Positions 9,305 to 16,555 of a stretch of DNA of 64,000 nucleotides are shown here, piece by piece. The translations under genes and the position numbers were made by a program. The stretch is from Phycisphaerales bacterium (lineage in GTDB: Bacteria; Planctomycetota; Phycisphaerae; Phycisphaerales; UBA1924): contig JBBRUT010000001.1 in NCBI GenBank assembly GCA_038247555.1, positions 21,704 through 85,703 of the forward strand, given 5' to 3'. Each line of letters starts with the position of its first letter. Position 1 is the first letter of the stretch. The notes beneath the pieces were generated by a model. That model was not told the origin of the DNA and ran no database searches. It saw only the letters and a list, made by a program, of their open reading frames with translations.

Positions 9305-9486
9305 TGGTCCTCCTGACCGTTCGCGCGGCTCCGCCGGGCGACATGCGAAAGGTGCTATCGACCGGTAATCGCGCGAAGGTCGAGCATCGGCGGAGAACCA
9401 GAGGACACGACACATTTTCGCGCAAGAACGACACCGTATCATCACGAGGTCGCGCAAGTTCGGCCGATCCAGGACTGACCGGGGGA

Positions 9487-10032
9487 TCAGAAGTCCGACG
9501 GGAAGCCGCGGCATTTGGGGATCATGATCCGCTCGACGAGTGGCTTGCCATCGGCATCGGTCATGCCGCGGATTTTCTCTAGGAAGGCGTTGATCTGACG
9601 AATCAGGGTTTGCCGCTCTGGCTCCTTGAGCTGGGCGTGCTGAGCGCGGCTGACGATCTGGCCGAGTCCCTCGCCGATCTCGGCCTTTCGCTGCTCGAGA
9701 ACCGCCTTGACGGTTTCGGCGTTCTTGTTTCGAACCTGGATGAAGACAGAGAGGTCCCAAACCCAAACCCGCCCGGTTGAGAGGTTTTGGTACTTCTCGC
9801 TGGCGACTTCGATCTCGACCGTATCCTCGGAGTCATCCTCGACGAGGGTGAGGGGGTCGGTTTCGGCGTGCGAAGCGCGTGGGCCCATGAGCCCCATGGC
9901 AAAGACCACCGCGCCGGCTTCAACCGCCATGAGCACGGCGACGATCGCGAGGGTCTTGATCGGGAGCTTCTTGGCGGGCGGAGGTGCCGCGTCGGATGGC
10001 GTCTCGGGTGGGGCCTTGGGCTTGTCTGCCAT
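9487..10032 (-). CDS. fliL: Flagellar basal body-associated protein FliL
   Basis: 181 aa with ATG at 10032. Lys/Pro-rich N-terminus, a single TM (LAIVAVLMAVEAGAVVFAMGL) and a FliL-like periplasmic domain. Conserved position before the switch genes. Confidence 0.75.
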   Translation of the reverse strand: MADKPKAPPETPSDAAPPPAKKLPIKTLAIVAVLMAVEAGAVVFAMGLMGPRASHAETDPLTLVEDDSEDTVEIEVASEKYQNLSTGRVWVWDLSVFIQVRNKNAETVKAVLEQRKAEIGEGLGQIVSRAQHAQLKEPERQTLIRQINAFLEKIRGMTDADGKPLVERIMIPKCRGFPSDF

Positions 10033-10163
10033 CGTGGTTGCCTCGGCAAAAACTGCGCTTCCATGCGGACATCAACTTCACGCCGGTGAAGCATCGTCAG
10101 GATGAGGCACCACTTTGAGGGTGGGCAAGCAGAAGACCGTGTGGGTCGGTCCAAAGCGTCCGC

Positions 10164-10907
10164 TTATGCGGCCTTGCGGATGGCGGGAATCTCGGCGGGC
10201 ACGGTTCTCGGTCGCAGGATGAGATCGGTCCGGCGGGCGACGTCGGACGCGGTTCCGCCGCTGGTGATCATGCGGGCGGATTCGAGGACCACGCCGACGG
10301 CGAGATAATCTGCCCGTTCGGCCTCTTCCAGCCAGTTGGCGGCTGAGGAAAGGACGGAGAGGGCGAGAATGCAGGTCAGGACCATGAGTCCGATGCCCAG
10401 CGCTGCGCCCGAGCCCATTGCGGCAGGGTTGGCCCAGACTTCCGCCATGAGAAGGATCGTGCCGAGCGCGGTGCCCAGCGCAATTGCGGGACCGGCACGG
10501 CAGATGATCAGCGCTGTGTGACGCGAAGCGGTACGGGCGGTGAGCCAGCGGTCCAGTTCGACCGAGGCGGCGGCGAAGGTTTCGTGCGGGAGGAGCTGGC
10601 GTGAAACAAGCTCGGACAGGAGACCGAAAACAGGCCGAAACCTTGCGGGAAAGCCGGGGTTTGGTGTGGTTTCCGGTACAGCGGCATGGGTCGTCGCGAG
10701 AGCTGAGCACGCGTGCGCGAGTGCATCAAGCTGGGCGGTCAGTTTGCGCTCCCTCGAGGCGAGGAAGCGAACGAGCCCTGTTGCGCGGGCGACAGGTAAG
10801 GCCGCGAGGCAAGCGCCGGCACAGCACAGCAGGATGATGAGCACATCCGGGGCCTGGGCCAGCCAAAGGAGGGAAGCGGGAAGGCCGTTCGAAGCGAGGT
10901 AATGCAC
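10164..10907 (-). CDS. Three-TM membrane protein, weakly MotA/TolQ/ExbB-like, in the motA slot
   Basis: 247 aa with GTG start 10907 preceded by AGGAGG. One N-terminal TM, a loop of about 100 aa, then a TM hairpin (AGPAIALGTALGTILLMAEVW ... GAALGIGLMVLTCILALSVL) resembling the channel-forming TM pair of MotA/ExbB. Family assignment is by eye only. Confidence 0.4.
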   Translation of the reverse strand: MHYLASNGLPASLLWLAQAPDVLIILLCCAGACLAALPVARATGLVRFLASRERKLTAQLDALAHACSALATTHAAVPETTPNPGFPARFRPVFGLLSELVSRQLLPHETFAAASVELDRWLTARTASRHTALIICRAGPAIALGTALGTILLMAEVWANPAAMGSGAALGIGLMVLTCILALSVLSSAANWLEEAERADYLAVGVVLESARMITSGGTASDVARRTDLILRPRTVPAEIPAIRKAA

Positions 10908-10951
10908 GAGGCCGCCTCCTGCTCAGAGTGTCCCCACCGGTCCCTGAGCGT

Positions 10952-10979
10952 TTATCGGAGCGTTGGCGTGGCGGCTTGA
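10952..10979 (-). promoter_or_regulatory. Candidate sigma-28 (FliA)-type promoter upstream of the MotA/ExbB-like gene
   Basis: The minus strand reads TCAAG-N15-TCCGATAA, against consensus TAAA-N15-GCCGATAA. It lies in the 79-nt spacer after the flgE stop, with the -10 about 45 nt before GTG 10907. Confidence 0.3.
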
Positions 10980-10986
10980 TCTTCGG

Positions 10987-12720
10987 TTAGCGGCCCAGGA
11001 CCAAGAGTTGCTGCATCAACTGGTCGGTGGTGGTGATGACGCGGGATGAAGCGGAATAGCCGGTGGAGGCCAGGATGAGGTTGATGAACTCTTGGGACAG
11101 ATCGACGTTGGAGAGTTCGAGCGCACCGCCGACGATGCGGCCAGCGCCGAGCGTGGTGGGAACTTTGGTCTGGGGAGTGCCGCTGTTGGGGCCGGTGGTG
11201 AAGAGGTTCGAGCCGACTTCCACGAGCCCATTGTTGTTGCTGAAAGTCGCGAGCACCACCTGGCCGAGAGGACGGGTGAGGCCATTGGTGAATGCCCCGG
11301 TGATGACACCGTCTGCGCCGACGGAATAGGCGGCAAGCGTGCCGCGGGGCGTGCCGTCCTGATAGGTCGCGGCGATCTGAGAAGAGACATCGGCGAGGGC
11401 TGTGACGTTGTCGGAGCTTGTGGAGAGGGAGACGTTGACGACCATGGGCGTTTGGGCGCCGGTGTTCTGGCGGTCGATCGAGAGCTCGAAGTTCGGAGCG
11501 CCGGTGAGGCGGCCGGATGTGTCGAACATGACGGTTCCGCTGGCGAGCGCGCTTGAGAGATCGGTGTCGTCGTTGGAGTCGCCGATGTATCGCCAGGTGG
11601 TACCGGAGTTGGTCTTACTCTCCAGCACGAGCGAGAGCGAGACGGTGAGCGGCGTGCCGAGAGAATCAAAGACAACAAAGCTGGTGCGGACGGACTCGCC
11701 GTCGGCGGAGGCCTGACGGGTCGGAGCGAAGGGCGAGGAGACGACGGTTCCGCCGGCATCAAGGATGCGCAGGTCCGAGGTGCCGAGCTCGATGTCATTG
11801 ACCTGACCGGTGTTCCCCACGACGGTGATGACGCCGGTCGCGGGGTCGAGCGAGACGCCGGGGGTGAAACCATCAGGGTTCGCACCCGCGTCGTTGTTGA
11901 TTCCCATTGCCTCGTTGAGAAAATCGACGAGGTCCTGCACCGTTGTGGTTGGGCCGATGGCCAACTCGGCCTGGGGGATGAGGCTGGAACCGCGATGGGC
12001 ATCCTGGAGTTCGATCGTCTGACCAACGGCGAAGAGGGGATTTCCAGGGCTTGAGGCGTCCTCGATTCCGGTGAGGAGAGAGGTCGGCTCGATGACGTTG
12101 CCCGGCCCGGGGGGAGTTGCGCTGCCGAGGAGGCCGAAGGCGGCGAGGTCAAAGCGAGCGCCCTGTGTCGCGGCATTTCCGCTGGAGTTCAGGTTGCCGG
12201 CGAAGCGGACATTGCGAGTGGCCTGCGCGAGGGTGAGGGTGCCGACGGGGATGCTCAGGTCGCCAACGACTGCTTCGTTGATGCTGAAGTTTTCGTCGAT
12301 GCCGTAGCCCTGAAGGCGTTCGCCGGTTACGGACACGAGCTGATTCAGCTCGTTCTGCCGGAACGCGCCCGCGCGGGTGTAGAAGCTGGCATCGCCGCGG
12401 CGGACCATGAAGAAGCCGTCGCCTTCGAGCGCGAGATCTCGCGCATCGCCGGTTGCGGAGATGGATCCGCCGGAGAAATCCCGCTGGGTTCCGGCGATGG
12501 TGACACCAAGGCCTGTCTGCGTGGGATTGGTGCCGCCGAAGGTGGCTGAGGGCTCTGTGCCCATGGAGTAGGTGCGAGAGAACTGCGTTGCGAAGAGCAT
12601 GCGGCTGCTCTTGTACGCGGTGGTGTTGACGTTGGCGATGTTGTTGCCGATGACGTCGAGGTTACGGGCATTGGCGTTGAGGCCGGAGAGGCCTGTGAAC
12701 ATCGCGGTTGTCGAAGCCAT
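10987..12720 (-). CDS. flgE: Flagellar hook protein FlgE
   Basis: ATG at 12720 gives 577 aa starting MASTTAMFTGLSGLNANARNLDVIGNNIANVNTTAYK (flagellar rod/hook N-terminal motif). C-terminus ALELSNVDLSQEFINLILASTGYSASSRVITTTDQLMQQLLVL. The 705-aa track ORF is an extension. Confidence 0.9.
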   Translation of the reverse strand: MASTTAMFTGLSGLNANARNLDVIGNNIANVNTTAYKSSRMLFATQFSRTYSMGTEPSATFGGTNPTQTGLGVTIAGTQRDFSGGSISATGDARDLALEGDGFFMVRRGDASFYTRAGAFRQNELNQLVSVTGERLQGYGIDENFSINEAVVGDLSIPVGTLTLAQATRNVRFAGNLNSSGNAATQGARFDLAAFGLLGSATPPGPGNVIEPTSLLTGIEDASSPGNPLFAVGQTIELQDAHRGSSLIPQAELAIGPTTTVQDLVDFLNEAMGINNDAGANPDGFTPGVSLDPATGVITVVGNTGQVNDIELGTSDLRILDAGGTVVSSPFAPTRQASADGESVRTSFVVFDSLGTPLTVSLSLVLESKTNSGTTWRYIGDSNDDTDLSSALASGTVMFDTSGRLTGAPNFELSIDRQNTGAQTPMVVNVSLSTSSDNVTALADVSSQIAATYQDGTPRGTLAAYSVGADGVITGAFTNGLTRPLGQVVLATFSNNNGLVEVGSNLFTTGPNSGTPQTKVPTTLGAGRIVGGALELSNVDLSQEFINLILASTGYSASSRVITTTDQLMQQLLVLGR

Positions 12721-12775
12721 GCGGATCCCTTCCGTGTGTGCTGCGCGAGAGAGAGGCGGGCTGGATGTCGGGGCA

Positions 12776-13282
12776 TCAGGCCGCGCGGTCGCGTTGGTGG
12801 ATTTGTGAGAGGAGTCTGGCGACGGCGGGACTTTCCATCGCGGTGGGCGGCCCCAGCGGGGCGGCCTTGTCAGGCGATGGCGCGAGGAGCCCCGCGAGAT
12901 CCATGACGCCGTCGATGCCCTCGATGACGCCGCCCTGCGCACTGGCGGCGCTGAGCACGGCTCGCTGGGTGACATCCAGAATGACGCGCCGATCATCGAT
13001 GGTGACGAGAACCTTGCGGAGCCCGGCTGCTTCAGCGCGGTCCGCGGCGAGCGCGAGCCGCGCGAGCTGGTCCTCGGTGAGCTGCAGGCCCGCATCATCC
13101 GCAATGGTCACAGGTCGATTGCTTGAGAGGGTGCCATCGCGGGCGCGGCGGAGCAAGTCGGCGAACTCGCCGGCTTGCACGCCACCGGCAGGAGCAACGG
13201 GAGCAATGGGCGCGAACTGAGCCGCGTTCGGGCGGCCTGCCTGGCCGAGTTGCCTGAGCATTATCGCTGGGTCGTTACTCAT
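12776..13282 (-). CDS. Flagellar operon protein of unknown function (TIGR02530-like) between flgD and flgE
   Basis: 168 aa with ATG at 13282. The segment PVTIADDAGLQLTEDQLARLALAADRAEAAGLRKVLVTIDDRRVILDVTQRAVLSA resembles the small 'flagellar operon protein' found between flgD and flgE in Firmicutes and Thermotogae. Assigned from motif memory and synteny. Confidence 0.45.
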   Translation of the reverse strand: MSNDPAIMLRQLGQAGRPNAAQFAPIAPVAPAGGVQAGEFADLLRRARDGTLSSNRPVTIADDAGLQLTEDQLARLALAADRAEAAGLRKVLVTIDDRRVILDVTQRAVLSAASAQGGVIEGIDGVMDLAGLLAPSPDKAAPLGPPTAMESPAVARLLSQIHQRDRAA

Positions 13283-13419
13283 CGCGCAGCCTCGGGCGTG
13301 GGAAGAACGGAAGGACGGGCTCCGCCGCGCTTTCGATCTGAGTTCTCAAACGATGGCCCGGCTCCGCCGCGGCGAGTTTTGATCAGTGGGTTGATGAGCG
13401 TTCTGCTGAGGCGAGCGGA

Positions 13420-13914
13420 TCAGGCGTCTGGGTTCCCATCATCTGGAAACTCGGCGGGAGGATCCGGGTCCTGAGGATGTGCGGGATCCTCGGGATCGTC
13501 AAAGAAAGAGGGATCGATCATCTCGTCGACATTGTCGAAGGGGACGCGATAGCCGTTGGTGAGGTTGAGCACGGGACCGGAGTTCGTCCGCGAGACGCTG
13601 ATGACTTCGCCCTCGACACGGAGGTTGCCCGTGCTGAGGCCGGAGATGTACTTGCCGATTAAACCGCCCGCCGCGGCGAGCTGGTTCTGCGACACCATCG
13701 ACTCGAGCTTGCTGGAGAGCTCGATGTCGGATTGAATGCTGCGGAGGCTGGACATCTGATCGAGGAGAGCGGCGGAGTCGTTAGGCTTGAGCGGGTCCTG
13801 GTTGGCCAGCTCGGTGAACATGATCTTGACGAACTCCTCGCTGGTGAGATCGCTGAATGCGTTCTTCCGGGCGATGGGGTTCGTGAGGTCAGAAATGCTG
13901 CCGATGCTGGACAT
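13420..13914 (-). CDS. flgD: Flagellar hook capping/assembly protein FlgD
   Basis: 164 aa with ATG at 13914. FlgD N-terminal motif (LTSEEFVKIMFTELANQDPLKPNDSAALLDQMSSLRSIQ), followed by an acidic/Pro-rich tail. Confidence 0.9.
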   Translation of the reverse strand: MSSIGSISDLTNPIARKNAFSDLTSEEFVKIMFTELANQDPLKPNDSAALLDQMSSLRSIQSDIELSSKLESMVSQNQLAAAGGLIGKYISGLSTGNLRVEGEVISVSRTNSGPVLNLTNGYRVPFDNVDEMIDPSFFDDPEDPAHPQDPDPPAEFPDDGNPDA

Positions 13915-13932
13915 GTTGATCTCCGCGGGGCA

Positions 13933-15357
13933 TCAGACGGTGGTGTCGAGGCGAGAGACGAGGCCGAGCATGTCGAGAGGCTGGGCGTGCGGGCCGGGCA
14001 GCTCGACTTCTGCCTCACCGGAATCATCGCCGCGCTTCGGTGCTGGCTGATCGGGCGAGGGCTGCTGGTGCTTGCGGTCTCCGCCGTCAGCATCGGCCTG
14101 ATGTTCCTGTCGGGCGGTCGCATCCTGCGCCGCCTGCCGCTCAAGGGTGGATTCAGCCTGCTGCTCCAGCTTTCTGAGCATCTCGGCCGCGGGGTCCGCC
14201 TCACGCATGAGTTCCACTCGTACGTGCGAAGATTCCCAGCCCTTTGCTTCCAGAGAAGCGCGGAGCGTCTCAGATGACTGCTCAAGCAAATGTCGTGCCG
14301 CATCGGTCGATGCCTCGATGCGGGCAAGGACCGATCCTTTGCCCATCTCGAGCTTGATGCGGATGAACCCGAGAGTCTCGGGGTTCAGGCGGAGCGTAAC
14401 TGCGCCGTCGGCTCGGCTGAGCGCTACGGCGAGGCCGCGCGCGGCCTGACTGGCAACCATCGCGGCGGTGCGCTCGGAGGCGGCCGTATGAGGGACGGAG
14501 GGGCCGGCCTTCTGCGCACCGAAGCGCGGCATGTGCGCATCGGAGCCGGACTTGCGCTCGGATGCCGCAGCGATGGGCGCAGTGGTGGGAGCGGGCACGG
14601 GCTGCCGCGTGCCGGGCGCATCCGAGGGTTTGGCGGCCGCAGAGAGCGTGGCGCCGGCTGCGACTGTCACGGGAGCATTCGCGCTACGGGCGTTCGCGGA
14701 CGCTGCCGCGACGCTTGATGCGGCTTCTGGAGCGCGGGAGCTCGATTCAGCGGGCTCGGGCTGGCTCGCGTATGGTTCAGGCGCGGTGTCGAGACCAGAG
14801 TTGCTTCGCGGCCCGACCACCGGGCTGTCGGCGGAAGGTTGAGGTCGAGCGGCGGAATCGGGGATGCTGGTCGCGGGGCCGTCGCGGCTGGTGCTCGGCA
14901 ATGCTTGCGAGCGTGTGAGAGACTCCGCCGTTGAGGCTGACCGCTGATCAACGGATGGCGCGACGCGCGCGTCGGCGGAAGAGCCAAGCCGGACATCGGC
15001 CCGGAGAAGCCGGTGATTGAGGGTGTGAATGGTGAGGGGCTGAAGGTCTGCCAGAAGGGAGGCCGCGATGGACTGTGCGTCGCGCACCTGATCGGATGCG
15101 GTTGTCTCGGGGACACCCTCGCTTGTGCGCCGGGGTTCAGCCTGGGTTTGCCGTTCAGCTTCGGGCTCGGGCCTGGATGAATCGTGACCGCGGAGCGTTG
15201 GCGGTGATTCCGCGACACTTGCGCGGGACGGTCCGTGTTCGGCCAGGAGCTCCCAGAAGGCCCTTCCGCCGATTTCCGCGCCTGGCGGTGCATCACCTGC
15301 GCGGCTGCGCAAAGTGGGTACAACCGGCTCAAGGAGAAGAGGGGCTCGAAGCGGCAT
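13933..15357 (-). CDS. fliK: Flagellar hook-length control protein FliK
   Basis: C-terminal Flg_hook domain (GAVTLRLNPETLGFIRIKLEMGKGSVLARIEASTDAARHLLEQSSETLRASLEAKGW) after a long low-complexity N-terminal region. Start uncertain: ATG 15357 or GTG 15417. Both overlap the upstream gene end at 15329. Confidence 0.7.
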   Translation of the reverse strand: MPLRAPLLLEPVVPTLRSRAGDAPPGAEIGGRAFWELLAEHGPSRASVAESPPTLRGHDSSRPEPEAERQTQAEPRRTSEGVPETTASDQVRDAQSIAASLLADLQPLTIHTLNHRLLRADVRLGSSADARVAPSVDQRSASTAESLTRSQALPSTSRDGPATSIPDSAARPQPSADSPVVGPRSNSGLDTAPEPYASQPEPAESSSRAPEAASSVAAASANARSANAPVTVAAGATLSAAAKPSDAPGTRQPVPAPTTAPIAAASERKSGSDAHMPRFGAQKAGPSVPHTAASERTAAMVASQAARGLAVALSRADGAVTLRLNPETLGFIRIKLEMGKGSVLARIEASTDAARHLLEQSSETLRASLEAKGWESSHVRVELMREADPAAEMLRKLEQQAESTLERQAAQDATARQEHQADADGGDRKHQQPSPDQPAPKRGDDSGEAEVELPGPHAQPLDMLGLVSRLDTTV

Positions 15358-16072
15358 CGGCGGTGGCGTCCCTTGCACGCAGCGAATCGGCGGCGGTATC
15401 CGCCGTGACGACGCCACGTGTCCTGAGACGTTCTAGCAAGTCGGCTGCCACGGATGGCTGCTCTTTGGCGAACTCGGAGACGATCATTGATCGCTTTTTC
15501 TCATCCATCTTGGCGAGGTAAGCGATCACCTCGTTTTCCAGCCCCTGGCCCATCATTGACTCGAGCATCGCCTTGGCCTCGCGGGCCTTGAGGCCTTCGA
15601 GGGTGGCCAGAGCCGTTTGGAACTGGGAGGTGCCTTCGATCTCGAGGTACTTCTTCTTCTGGGCATCGAATGCCAGGATGCGCTCATCGAGGTCCTTCTC
15701 GCGACGGTCGAGCTCATCCTGCCTGCGCAGAAGCTGCGAGCCGAGGTCGTCGATCTCACGCTGGCGGCGCAACATCCGCTGGGTTGCCAGTTCGGTCTCG
15801 GCGCGATCCTGGGCGAGACGGTCGCCGGCGGGAATAGGTGGCTGGACGAGCTTCTCCGCGGCGGCCGACTGGAGATTGGCGTCCGCTTCGACGATGGCAG
15901 CGGCCTGCAGTTCCGCCGTTTCGATGCTCACCGGCTTGGCGAACATGGAGCGGACCTTCTCCACGCGGTCACGATTCAGCCGGTCGGTTGCGCTCAACCA
16001 GCCCACGAATCCGGCCAGGGCCAGGATGTTGGCAAGGGCAATCATGCTCAGAATCAACCAGAGGCTTCTCAT
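15329..16072 (-). CDS. YlxF/MotE-like flagellar protein (N-terminal TM, coiled coil, MgtE_N-like C-terminus)
   Basis: 247 aa with ATG at 16072. TM segment (LWLILSMIALANILALAGFVGWL), charged coiled coil, and C-terminal KAMLESMMGQGLENEVIAYLAKMDEKKRSMIVSEFAKEQPSVAADLLERL. Occupies the B. subtilis ylxF position between fliJ and fliK. Confidence 0.5.
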   Translation of the reverse strand: MRSLWLILSMIALANILALAGFVGWLSATDRLNRDRVEKVRSMFAKPVSIETAELQAAAIVEADANLQSAAAEKLVQPPIPAGDRLAQDRAETELATQRMLRRQREIDDLGSQLLRRQDELDRREKDLDERILAFDAQKKKYLEIEGTSQFQTALATLEGLKAREAKAMLESMMGQGLENEVIAYLAKMDEKKRSMIVSEFAKEQPSVAADLLERLRTRGVVTADTAADSLRARDATADAASSPSSP

Positions 16073-16075
16073 GGA

Positions 16076-16555
16076 TTACCAACCTCCTGACCGGGCACGT
16101 GATGCGCCAATCGTGGCCATCTCATCGAGCTCGGCATTCTCGCGGCGTCGCTGATCGGCGTTCCACTCTTCAAGCCTGCGCTCTCGCAGGCGCTCCACGC
16201 CCTTGCGCGCGGTCATTGCTTCCAGCAGCCCCTCGCGGGCCCGCTCGAGCCTCCGGAGCACGCCCGCGAGCCCGATGGCGGTTTGCTGGGCCTCGACGGT
16301 CAGCCTGAGAGCCGCGGACGAATCCATGCGGATGGAGCCGATGCCGCCCTGTACCGCCCCGGGGGCGAATCGCTCGCGCAGGTCCGCCCTTGATTGCACG
16401 AGGCGGGCGTTGAGCGCTCGAAGTCGTTCCTCGATCGCGACTCGCTCCTGCTCGATGGCAGCGACGATGCGCAGGTGCCCTTCCTCGATGCGCCGCCGGT
16501 GCTCGAGGACTGTCTCAAGGCTGAACTTGAATCGCCTGGCCATCGCTTGCCTCAT
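16076..16555 (-). CDS. fliJ: Flagellar export chaperone/stalk protein FliJ
   Basis: 159-aa coiled-coil protein (FKFSLETVLEHRRRIEEGHLRIVAAIEQERVAIEERLRAL). ATGA overlap with the fliI stop at 16552-16555. Confidence 0.7.
   Translation of the reverse strand: MRQAMARRFKFSLETVLEHRRRIEEGHLRIVAAIEQERVAIEERLRALNARLVQSRADLRERFAPGAVQGGIGSIRMDSSAALRLTVEAQQTAIGLAGVLRRLERAREGLLEAMTARKGVERLRERRLEEWNADQRRRENAELDEMATIGASRARSGGW

Noticed and set aside
10046-10063. TGGAAGCGCAGTTTTTGC (minus strand) just upstream of fliL
   Set aside because: It looks sigma-54-like, but the GG-to-GC spacing is 13 nt instead of 10.
10987-13104. Long versions of track ORFs: flgE 705 aa, fliQ 137 aa, fliN 297 aa, flgB 224 aa, activator 627 aa, FlgN-like 432 aa, otsB-GH15 953 aa, ispF 251 aa and lipoprotein 236 aa
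   Set aside because: In each case the family-typical N-terminus begins at an internal ATG that I verified in the DNA. These ATGs usually have an SD or an ATGA overlap. The upstream extension overlaps the preceding gene or is low-complexity.
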